A stretch of 32,463 nt of DNA, from NCBI GenBank assembly GCA_964581145.1, contig CAZONU010000004.1, positions 1 through 32,463 of the forward strand. Reading direction: 5' to 3'. This DNA is from an uncultured Planctomycetia bacterium. GTDB lineage: Bacteria; Planctomycetota; SZUA-567; JAKLDR01. The notes beneath the pieces are model-generated. The model saw only the letters and a program-made list of their open reading frames with translations, searched no databases and was not told the origin of the DNA. Shown here piece after piece: positions 18,162 to 25,998 of this stretch; position 1 is the stretch's first letter; each line of letters begins with the position of its first letter. The translations under genes were made by a program, and so were the position numbers.

Positions 18162-18190
18162 ATTATACAAGTTAACACGCTGATTGTCAA
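18162..18190 (-). promoter_or_regulatory. perfect consensus sigma70 promoter TTGACA-N17-TATAAT
   Basis: -35 at 18190-18185 and -10 at 18167-18162, in an AT-rich patch ~60 nt upstream of the regulator. Confidence 0.85.
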
Positions 18191-18306
18191 GCATCAAATG
18201 CAAGACCAAAGGGGCTAAAATGCAGGGGGGCTATGTAGCTGTTTATCAGCCGCTTACGGTTTCGCGAGCTGAAGACGCCGCAGCACGGCCAGAATCGCCT
18301 CCTGGC

Positions 18307-18451
18307 CTATGGACCGTTGTCTGCCGCTCCTTCGCGCCCGGCCGCCCGCCGCGCGAAGAAATCCCTGATCTCGCGGACGCCACCGTAGATCAGGATGACC
18401 AGCATCATCGGCAGGAAGCCGCTGAAGAGCATGAGCAGGCCGATAGCGCTG
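18307..18451 (-). pseudogene. orphan 3' end of a membrane protein gene
   Basis: Frame reading SAIGLLMLFSGFLPMMLVILIYGGVREIRDFFARRAAGREGAADNGP-stop with GC3-rich codons and no own RBS; out of frame with the TolC fragment. Confidence 0.55.
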
Positions 18452-18704
18452 CCAGGGCCGCCTGCCAGCGGTAGAAGGCGGCCTCCAGGCCGGGGTTGCG
18501 GAGCGCGGCGTGAGCCAGGTAGTTCTCTAGCCCGGAGTTCTCGTCGAGCTTCATCCCCGGGGCATCGCCGCTCCGGAGGCCGACTGTCCCTCCAGCCGGA
18601 GCCGCGGGCCTCCCGGGCGCACCGGCAGCGGGCCCGTCTCCCCGGGGCGCGCAGCCGGCGGCCGCGGCGGCCAACAGGCTCAGGGCAAAGAGCGAAAGTC
18701 TCAT
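18405..18704 (-). pseudogene. truncated TolC/CusC-type outer-membrane efflux lipoprotein (5' fragment)
   Basis: GGAGG RBS, lipobox AAAGC, and LDENSGLENYLAHAALRNPGLEAAFYRWQAAL resembling the first TolC-family helix; similarity ends near 18452 and the ORF stops at 99 aa. Confidence 0.7.
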
Positions 18705-18721
18705 AGTTACCTCCCGGAGCC

Positions 18722-19009
18722 TTACAGTCTGCCCCCGCAGAGACGTCCGTAGATGGCCATGAGTTCGTCGATCTTCTGCTTGCGATCGGCCTTGTCCCTG
18801 GATTTCATGGCGTTGGCCACGCAGGTCTCGATGTGGTTCCTGAGGATGATCTTGCTCACCGCGCCGAGCGCCGAGCGCACCGCCTCGACCTGGTTGAGGA
18901 TGTCGACGCAGTAGCGCCGCTCGTCGATCATCTTGCGGACCCCGCGGACCTGCCCGGCGATCTTGTCGAGACGCTTGTGGGTGTTCCCGGTGATCTCTTC
19001 CGTGATCAT
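18722..19009 (-). CDS. csoR: CsoR/RcnR family metal-sensing repressor
   Basis: RLDKIAGQVRGVRKMIDERRYCVDILNQ...RNHIETCV with the Cys/His/Cys copper-ligand set. Confidence 0.88.
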   Translation of the reverse strand: MITEEITGNTHKRLDKIAGQVRGVRKMIDERRYCVDILNQVEAVRSALGAVSKIILRNHIETCVANAMKSRDKADRKQKIDELMAIYGRLCGGRL

Positions 19010-19066
19010 GGTCCGGCCCTCCTGCCTCCAGTGGGCATGCCCCCGGTGTTCACCTTTCTAACCTGG

Positions 19067-19081
19067 TACCGGGAAGGGGTA
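19067..19081. promoter_or_regulatory. CsoR-type operator TACC-GGGAAGG-GGTA
   Basis: TACC/GGTA inverted arms around a G-tract, ~60 nt upstream of csoR. Confidence 0.6.
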
Positions 19082-19310
19082 TTCCCGCACATGGGGCCAT
19101 GCCTGGTCGCCTGGTTCCCGCGCCGCAAGGTCGGATTGGTGTTGGCGGGCGCGGGCTCTATGTATGCGCCTGTACGTAAGTCACTTGCGCGCAGGGACCG
19201 GGATCATGGGCACGCTTGCCCATAAGCTCCGGCGTAATGAGATTTCGGCCGATTGGGTGTATATATTACTGGGGGGACCGCCGGTTTCGATGGCGGGTCG
19301 CCGCCCGGAA

Positions 19311-19339
19311 CTGGCTTGGCGCGGGTGACCGGCTATAAT
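19311..19339 (+). promoter_or_regulatory. promoter with perfect -10 (TATAAT 19334-19339) and weak -35 (CTGGCT)
   Basis: 17-nt spacer; ~50 nt upstream of GGAGGA + GTG19389. Confidence 0.45.
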
Positions 19340-19388
19340 CGCGGGCCGGCCCTGAAGCGGGTCGCCACGGGACGGGAGGAAAACACCA

Positions 19389-22040
19389 GTGAACGACCAC
19401 AAGCCCCGCGCTCCTAAGTCACTGTCCAGGTTCTGTCGCGAGGTCATTCCGCTCCTCTGCCGCCGCGCCTCCGGCCGGAAGATGGTCGAGCTGGTCCGGC
19501 AGATAGTCAGTACCGACCGCTGGAACTCCTTCGATGGTTTCCGCAAGACCAGCCGCACGCTGGCCCGCGCCTTCCGCGCCGCCGGCGCCCGCGCCGAGGT
19601 AGAGGGCATCCCCACCGGCGGCCCGGTGGGGCGCGGCGGCTGGATCATGCAGGACGCTTGGGACATCGTCCGCGCCAGGGCGGACATTGTCAGCCCGGTG
19701 CGCCGGAAGCTGCTCGACTACCGGGACAACCCCTTCCACGTGGCCCAGCACTCGGGGAGCACCCCGCCGGGCGGGGCGAGGTATGAACTGGTGATAATCG
19801 ATTCCGAGGAGGAGCTTGCCCGTCTGGGCAAGCGCGCGCTGGCCGGCAAGATGGTGCTTACCCGGCTCTTGCCCTATCCCTATCCCTATCGCGGAGGAGC
19901 CGCATCCACCGGGCCGCTGCCCTGGTTCGAGAAGGGCGCCGCGGGGATTATCACCGACGCACCCGTCGGAGACTCGCCCGCTGCGGTGATCTGGGCCAAG
20001 TTCGGCTGGGGTTCGCTGCGGGTCGGCGAGGCCGCCGCGCGCCCGGTAGGACTGGCCGTCTCTCAGCGCCAGGGGGAGAGTCTCCGCCGGCTCCTCGCCA
20101 AGCACGGCAGGGTCACGATCCGCGCGGACGTTCAGGTTCGCTACTACAACGGCGAACAGAAGATAACCAGCGGCCTGGTCACCGGCCGCGACGACCCCCA
20201 GTCGGAGGTCTGGGCCATCGCCCACAGCTCCGAGCCCGGCGCGGTGGACAACGCCTCGGGGCTGGCGGTCTGCGTGGAGGCCGCCCGCCTGCTGGAAGGC
20301 CTGATCGCCGAGGGGAAACTGTCCCGGCCCCGCCGGACGGTGCGGCTGGTGAGCGCCTACGAGTGCTACGGTTTCTTCGGATATCTCGAACGCCGGAGGC
20401 GCTACCAGAAGCCCTTGGCCGGCGTATGCATCGATTCAATCGGCCTGCGGCCGGAGGCCTGCGGCGGGAAGGTTTTCTGGCACGCCACGGTGCCCTCTTC
20501 AGCGGGCTTCGTCAACGACGTGGGCGAGGCGGCGCTGCGTGCGGCGCTCCGCGCGGGGCGGCCCGGCTACCGCTTCCAGGCCGGGAGGTTCATGTCCACC
20601 GAGGACACGCTCATCGGCGACCCCCGCTACGGGTTCCCCTGTCCGTGGATATGGACCGGCAAGTACCCGGGCTACCACAGCTCCGGCGATACCGTCAAGC
20701 TGCTCCACCCGCCGGGACTGGCCTCCGGTGCGGCGGCCATGGCCGGGTACCTCTACTATCTCGCGAACGCGGCCACGCCCGAGGCCCTGGAGCTCGCCGA
20801 GTGGCAGACCGATAAGGCCCTCGCCGAGCTCGGCGCGCTGGGCCGCCGGCCGAAGCGGGGGAGGGTGGAATTCATCCGCGCGCGGCACGCCGAGAACCTC
20901 TCGCGACTGAAGCGCTGGTTGTGGGGCGGGCAGCATTCAGAGGCGTTGAAACGCTTCGCAGAGTGCGAGCGGCGGCTGGCCGGGGCCGCCGGCAGGGTCC
21001 GCGCGCGTCCCCGTCAGGCTGCCCGGGGGTCCGCCCGGCGCGTTCCCCGGCGCACCGCCTTTCTGGTGCCCAGCCCGGAGAACGTTCGCCCGGACCTCGC
21101 CGGGCGGCTCCGTGCGGCGGGGCTTCCCGGGTGGGCGCTCTACTGGGCCGACGGCCGGCGCAGCATTGCCGAGATCGCGGAGCTTGCGCGCGCGGAGCGC
21201 GGCAGGGAATACTCCCTCGACCAGGTGGCGCGCTTCTTCGAGGTCCTGGCGGAGCTGGGCTACGTGGAGCTGGTCGAGCCGCGGGAGATGATCACCAGGA
21301 AGCGGCTGGTGCGCGACCTCGAGCGCCTGGGCGTCCGGCGGGGCATGGACGTCATGGTCCACAGCGCCATGTCCCCGATCGGGCACGTGGCCGGCGGGGC
21401 CGAAACGGTGGTCGAGGCGCTGCTCGAAGCGGTCGGCAAGCGCGGCACGCTGATGTTCCCGTCGTTCAATCACGGCGAGGCGGAGGTCTACAACCCCCTG
21501 GCCACGCCCACCAAGAACGGGGCCATACCCGACGCGGCCTGGCGGCGGCCCGATGCGGTCCGCAGCGTTCACCCCAGCCACCCGGCCGCGGCCATCGGCC
21601 CCAAGGCGGCGGAGTGGTGCCGGGACCACGTCGAGAAGGGCATCTGGGACCGGGAGTCGCCCATCGGCCGGCTGATCCACGGCGGCGGGTACATCCTCTC
21701 GCTGGGCGTGGACCACGGCGCCAGCACCGCCTACCACGTGGCGGAAATCTCCATGGGCGGGCCGTGCCTGGACCAGTTCGGCGGCGTCGGCCGGGTGGTG
21801 GGCGCCGACGGCGAGGTTCGCCGCGTGCCGGCCATGGCCTGGCGGGACGGCCGCTGCCCGGCCCCCGGGGGGATAGACGCCGTACTTGATCGCAGGAAGC
21901 TGCAGCGCCACGGGAAGGTCGGCAACGCCAGCGCCACCCTGGTGCGGGCCATCGAGGTCTGGAAGGTGCGCCGCGCGAACTTGAAGAAGTTCTGCCCCAC
22001 CTGCAAGGTCAGGCCCCGCAGGAAGCGGCGCAGGCGCTGA
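19389..22040 (+). CDS. fusion of DUF4910/M28 aminopeptidase-like (PA + catalytic + winged-helix) and AAC(3)-family N-acetyltransferase domains
   Basis: AIAHSSEPGAVDNASG, YHSSGD, winged-helix-like WADGRRSIAEIA...LAELGYV; then LERLGVRRGMDVMVHSAMS, GTLMFPSF, RSVHPSH, LGVDHGASTAYHVAE. Confidence 0.8.
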   Translation: MNDHKPRAPKSLSRFCREVIPLLCRRASGRKMVELVRQIVSTDRWNSFDGFRKTSRTLARAFRAAGARAEVEGIPTGGPVGRGGWIMQDAWDIVRARADIVSPVRRKLLDYRDNPFHVAQHSGSTPPGGARYELVIIDSEEELARLGKRALAGKMVLTRLLPYPYPYRGGAASTGPLPWFEKGAAGIITDAPVGDSPAAVIWAKFGWGSLRVGEAAARPVGLAVSQRQGESLRRLLAKHGRVTIRADVQVRYYNGEQKITSGLVTGRDDPQSEVWAIAHSSEPGAVDNASGLAVCVEAARLLEGLIAEGKLSRPRRTVRLVSAYECYGFFGYLERRRRYQKPLAGVCIDSIGLRPEACGGKVFWHATVPSSAGFVNDVGEAALRAALRAGRPGYRFQAGRFMSTEDTLIGDPRYGFPCPWIWTGKYPGYHSSGDTVKLLHPPGLASGAAAMAGYLYYLANAATPEALELAEWQTDKALAELGALGRRPKRGRVEFIRARHAENLSRLKRWLWGGQHSEALKRFAECERRLAGAAGRVRARPRQAARGSARRVPRRTAFLVPSPENVRPDLAGRLRAAGLPGWALYWADGRRSIAEIAELARAERGREYSLDQVARFFEVLAELGYVELVEPREMITRKRLVRDLERLGVRRGMDVMVHSAMSPIGHVAGGAETVVEALLEAVGKRGTLMFPSFNHGEAEVYNPLATPTKNGAIPDAAWRRPDAVRSVHPSHPAAAIGPKAAEWCRDHVEKGIWDRESPIGRLIHGGGYILSLGVDHGASTAYHVAEISMGGPCLDQFGGVGRVVGADGEVRRVPAMAWRDGRCPAPGGIDAVLDRRKLQRHGKVGNASATLVRAIEVWKVRRANLKKFCPTCKVRPRRKRRRR

Positions 22041-22050
22041 CGGAACCGCC

Positions 22051-24453
22051 TCAGCGCGCTCTTATCTCGGTGAGGCCCGCGGGGAGCTTCTGGAGTCGCA
22101 GCACTCCCTCCCGGCTCGCCTTGAAGCGTCGGCGGCCGACTGAGTAGCTCCGTCCCGGCGCGGCGTTGAGCAGCAGGCACCTGGCCGCGGCCCTGGCCAG
22201 TTGCAGCTTGACGGTCTTGAGCGGCCCGGTCCCCTGCGCGAAAACGCATATCGTGTCGCCGACGCGGGCGGCGTGGGCGTTCCGGCCGGCCTCGACAGGG
22301 GAAAAGGAGGTTTCCAGCTTCCGCTGGCTCAGCGGGCGGACGAAGAGCAGGTTGAGGAAGCGGGTGCTCTTGCTAGATGTTACGGGCTCAACCTCGGTGC
22401 GCCACAGCCCCAGCTGCGCGGCGCTGCGGGGCTTGAGCGGGTTCCCGCCGGGCAGGTTCTTGCCGGTGAAGCCGTTTGACTGGTCGCCGTCGGACTCCAC
22501 GTAGCAGTTGTAGTTGGGCCCGCCGATCTTCAGCGCGCGGGCCTCGCGGGGCAGCATCACCGCGTGAAAGAGCTTGCCGCGCTTGTGCGTCGAGGTCAGC
22601 AGCCGGTCCGCGGTCGCGAGTATGCCGTCGTCCGGCCCGTTGCCGGCCAGCAGCTTCTCGGACTTCGTCCGCGGCTTGGCCAGGTGGTGCAGCAGGAACT
22701 TGGGCAGGTACTTCGCGTTGGTCGTCTCCACGCGGTCGTAGACGGCGAAGGCCCCGTGGCGGCGCAGGTACAGAAACTGCCGGGTGACCAGCCGGACCTT
22801 GGCGCGGTTGCCCGGCTCGGCCCAGCGCGTCGAGTTGTAGGCCGCGGTGATGTCCGCGGCGATGTAGTCGTACTCTGCCGGCACGCTCTCGAACTGGGTG
22901 ACCGTGGCCCGCTCCAGGTGCGGGCCGCTCTTCTGCTGCCGCCTGTAATGCTCGAAGCCCACGCAGTGGAAGCCGGTGGGGCGTATTACCCGTTGGCCGC
23001 CGGAGAGCGCGCTCCACTTCACCTTCTTGTGGGCGGCCAGATACGCGGACTTCTCGCCGGGGGCCAGAACCAGCAGGCTGTTGGCCGAGACGGTCTGGGC
23101 GGTGTAGCCCAGGCGGTGCTCCCCGAAGTACCCGCCGGGTCCGTAGAGACCGGTCTGGGGGGCGAGCAGCCCGCCGCGCTGGATGCTGAAGTGGCCCGCG
23201 TCGTAGTGGTCGTGGTGGGCCTGGTAGTCCCCGGCCTTGAAGCTGGCGTAGGTCTCTTCGGAGTCGCCCCATTTGCCACGTAAGAAGGCCACGCCCATCG
23301 AGTCGCGCCCGAAGAGCTCCGCCTGGGGCAGGTGCCGGCGCATCCAGAGCTCCGGCCTGGCCGGGTCGTAGCCCTTCTTCGGCCGGACGGCCGGGTCGTA
23401 GGTCAGCGCGACGTGCCAGTAGTAGGGCCGCCGGCCGTAAGCGACCGGCGAGCGGTTGCGGAGGTAGTCGCCCCCGGCCATCAGGCCCGGGTCGCGCGAG
23501 AGGCGGGCGTAGTAGTCGGTGGTCAGCTCCCACCAGCCGGTCGAGCCCAGGCGCAGCGAGCCGCTGGAGTCGCCGTAGGGCTCGAAGACCTGGTTGGGGG
23601 CGAACTGGTAGAGCTGCCAGAGGCCGATCCGGCGCATGACCTCGCGGATGGGAATCCCGCCGATGTGCTCGACGCCCAGGGCGGTCATGACGCAGTCGGC
23701 GGCCATGGCGTAGGGGCCGGCCCGGTTGTAGATCCAGTAGCTGGCGCCCTCCGGCCAGCCTTCACTGTACTGGAGCGCGCGGAGCGACTCGATGTAGTGG
23801 GCCGCCGCGCGGCGGAGGAGCTTCGCGCCCCCGGGCAGGTCGCCGACGGCCAGGGCGGCGATCATGCAGCCGTTGGCCTGCTGGTTGCGGCCGTGCCACA
23901 GGGCCTGGCCCTCGTCGTCGAGATCCGCGAGCTCGGTCTTCAGCCGCGCGACCATCTTGGCGACGATGACCTTCTTCTCCTCCGCGGTGAGCGCGGGATG
24001 GTCGTAGAGCCAGTCGTAGGCCAGGGCGTGCTTCCAGACGTTGGAGTAGTAGGGTTCGCCGCTCTTGCCCAGTTTCCCGGCGACCATGCGGTCGATCGCC
24101 GCGCGGGCGAACTTCTCCTCGCCGGTCACGATCCAACATGCGGCCAGCATGGCGGGGTGCTGGCGGCCGACCGCGACCTTGCGGGCCTTGTCGAAGATGA
24201 CCCTGAAGCGCTTGTCGGTGCGGTAGAGTTTGCGGACCTCCTGGAAAGTCCGGCCGTGTCCCCGGTCCGCGGCCGGGCGAAAGACCAGCCGGGGGTGCTC
24301 GGGAAACAGCCGGAGCTCGACCTCCGTTGTCGGCGGGTGCCTGCGCGCCGGCACTTCCCAGAAGGGCGTCTTCCTGGACTTAGACATGCCCGAGCAGCCC
24401 GTCGCCGCCGCCAGCGCCGCCGCCAGCGTTGCGCTTGCCAGGGGGATTCTCAT
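22051..24453 (-). CDS. heparinase II/III-like polysaccharide lyase lipoprotein (~800 aa)
   Basis: ATG24453 after GGAGAGGA; lipobox AATGC; HPRL, ALAYDWLY, WPEGASYW, HDHYDAGHFSI, DITAAYN, VYDRV. The ORF-track start at 24975 is an antisense extension. Confidence 0.75.
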   Translation of the reverse strand: MRIPLASATLAAALAAATGCSGMSKSRKTPFWEVPARRHPPTTEVELRLFPEHPRLVFRPAADRGHGRTFQEVRKLYRTDKRFRVIFDKARKVAVGRQHPAMLAACWIVTGEEKFARAAIDRMVAGKLGKSGEPYYSNVWKHALAYDWLYDHPALTAEEKKVIVAKMVARLKTELADLDDEGQALWHGRNQQANGCMIAALAVGDLPGGAKLLRRAAAHYIESLRALQYSEGWPEGASYWIYNRAGPYAMAADCVMTALGVEHIGGIPIREVMRRIGLWQLYQFAPNQVFEPYGDSSGSLRLGSTGWWELTTDYYARLSRDPGLMAGGDYLRNRSPVAYGRRPYYWHVALTYDPAVRPKKGYDPARPELWMRRHLPQAELFGRDSMGVAFLRGKWGDSEETYASFKAGDYQAHHDHYDAGHFSIQRGGLLAPQTGLYGPGGYFGEHRLGYTAQTVSANSLLVLAPGEKSAYLAAHKKVKWSALSGGQRVIRPTGFHCVGFEHYRRQQKSGPHLERATVTQFESVPAEYDYIAADITAAYNSTRWAEPGNRAKVRLVTRQFLYLRRHGAFAVYDRVETTNAKYLPKFLLHHLAKPRTKSEKLLAGNGPDDGILATADRLLTSTHKRGKLFHAVMLPREARALKIGGPNYNCYVESDGDQSNGFTGKNLPGGNPLKPRSAAQLGLWRTEVEPVTSSKSTRFLNLLFVRPLSQRKLETSFSPVEAGRNAHAARVGDTICVFAQGTGPLKTVKLQLARAAARCLLLNAAPGRSYSVGRRRFKASREGVLRLQKLPAGLTEIRAR

Positions 24454-24489
24454 TGGTCCTCTCCATTTGCGACCCGGCCATCGGGGCGG

Positions 24490-24518
24490 AATGTACCCGA
24501 AACGCGGCGCGGATACAA
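24490..24518 (-). promoter_or_regulatory. promoter TTGTAT-N17-TACATT for the lyase gene
   Basis: -35 at 24518-24513, -10 at 24495-24490. Confidence 0.5.
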
Positions 24519-24643
24519 ACGTCCGTCCAGGTGCCGCCGGGCGGTGTATAGTTCCTTGCGGGCGGAAGGTCGCCGCGCTAGACTGCGCGCTCAGGTCGCC
24601 GGCGCGTGAGGCCCATGCGCCGCCTGCAAAAGGGGGTGCCTTG

Positions 24644-25210
24644 ATGTATAGGTCGCTGACGTTTCTGTTGACTGCCGCCGCCGCGCTCCTGGCCGTCGGC
24701 TGCGCGCCGCCCGCCGAAGAACCCGCCAAGACCACCGAGCCCGCCAAGACGACGGCGCCGGCCAAGACGACCGAGCCGGCCAAGACAACCAAGCCGGTTA
24801 AGCCTGCCAAGATCGCGCTCACCCCGGCCAAGACCGTCGGCGGCGAGATCGTCCTGGAGGTGGAGAGCTTCACGATCAAGGACGCCAAGGTCAAGGCTCT
24901 TGCCGGGGCCAGCGGCGGCAAGGCCGTGCTCTTCCACCTGGACACCGCCAGCGCCAAGGCCACGGTGAAGCTCAAGAAGGGCGACTACGAGATTACCGCC
25001 TACGCCCTGGCGCCGGACACCGACCAGGACGCCTTCTACCTGACCGCCGGCGGCGCCGACGAGCGCATCTATCCCAATGAGGAGGCCAAGCTCAGCCCCA
25101 CCCGGGCGGTGAAGATCACCGTGGAGAAGGACGGGCCGGTCAAGATCGAGCTCTCCGCCGCCGAGACCGGGGTGAGCATCGACCGGCTGGTGATCAAGCC
25201 CGCCAAGTAG
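24644..25210 (+). CDS. lipoprotein with PAKTT repeat linker and a small CBM-like beta-sandwich domain
   Basis: ATG24644 after AAGGGGGTG; lipobox LAVGC; LEVESF...GASGGKAV...GDYEI...DAFYL...ETGVSIDRLVI. Confidence 0.72.
   Translation: MYRSLTFLLTAAAALLAVGCAPPAEEPAKTTEPAKTTAPAKTTEPAKTTKPVKPAKIALTPAKTVGGEIVLEVESFTIKDAKVKALAGASGGKAVLFHLDTASAKATVKLKKGDYEITAYALAPDTDQDAFYLTAGGADERIYPNEEAKLSPTRAVKITVEKDGPVKIELSAAETGVSIDRLVIKPAK
24722..24793 (+). repeat. four 18-bp coding tandem repeats (PAKTT[E/A/K])
   Basis: CCSGCCAAGACNACS-NNG units x4. Confidence 0.85.
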
Positions 25211-25253
25211 CGCGCGTCCAGCGGCGCCCGCGGGGGAGGGGGGGGAGTGCCCC

Positions 25254-25283
25254 TTGACTGGCCCCCGCGGGCGGTGCTATACT
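25254..25283 (+). promoter_or_regulatory. promoter TTGACT-N18-TATACT with extended -10 (TGc)
   Basis: The -10 ends 7 nt before GTG25291 and there is no SD sequence. Confidence 0.7.
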
Positions 25284-25290
25284 CCCCGTC

Positions 25291-25998
25291 GTGGGCATCG
25301 GCGAGCAGTTCCAGCGGGACACATCCTACGCCGCGCCGGAGGACTTCTCTCGGCCGGCGCTCGAACCGGTCGGCCCGGGGGCCGGACCCGTCGAGCTTCC
25401 CGATATCCGGGGCGAGGGGGCCGGCCTCTGGAAGGTGCTGGCCGCCCGGCGGAGCGGGCGCGGCTATGCCGCCGAGCCCCCGACGCTCGAAGAACTGGGC
25501 GCGCTCTGCTGGGCCGCGCAGGGCGTCACCGCGGTCAGGGGCGGGCACAAGCTCCGCGCCGCGCCCAGCGCCGGGGCGCTCTACGCGCTGGACCTCTACG
25601 CGGTCCTGCCCGGTCCGGAGCCGGCCGCGGGGGTTTACGTCTACGGGCCCGACGGGCACCAGCTCAAGCCGGTGCTGCGCGGCGCGGCCATGAAGGCCCT
25701 GGCCGCCGCCGCCGCGGGGCAGAAGTTCATGGCCCGCAGCGCGGTCATCTTCGTGCTTACGGCGCATCCCGAGCGGTCGGTCTGGCGCTACGAGGAGCGC
25801 TCCTGGCGCTACTTCTACCTGGACGCCGGCCACATCGGCGAGAACATCATGCTGGCCGCCGAGGCCCTGGGGCTGGCCTCCTGCGGAATCGGCGCCTTCT
25901 ACGACTCGGCGGTCAACGAGGTCCTGGTGCTCGACGGGGCCAGCGAGACGGCCGTTTACATGGTTGCCGTGGGCAGACCCCGGGGAGGCCGACCATGA
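25291..25998 (+). CDS. SagB/ThcOx-type nitroreductase-fold dehydrogenase
   Basis: RRSGRGY, WAAQG, RAAPSAGALY, LDAGHIGEN, IGAFYD. Confidence 0.9.
   Translation: MGIGEQFQRDTSYAAPEDFSRPALEPVGPGAGPVELPDIRGEGAGLWKVLAARRSGRGYAAEPPTLEELGALCWAAQGVTAVRGGHKLRAAPSAGALYALDLYAVLPGPEPAAGVYVYGPDGHQLKPVLRGAAMKALAAAAAGQKFMARSAVIFVLTAHPERSVWRYEERSWRYFYLDAGHIGENIMLAAEALGLASCGIGAFYDSAVNEVLVLDGASETAVYMVAVGRPRGGRP

Noticed and set aside
21280-22040. Acquired aminoglycoside resistance gene
   Set aside because: The AAC(3)-like domain is fused to a hydrolase, has host-like composition and lacks mobile context.
24722-24793. CRISPR-like array
   Set aside because: Degenerate 18-bp in-frame coding repeats with no spacers and no cas genes.
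25291-25998. RiPP (azole) biosynthetic cluster from the SagB-like gene
   Set aside because: No YcaO or precursor peptide is seen; stand-alone SagB-type nitroreductases are common, and the nearby E1-like gene is ThiF-type.
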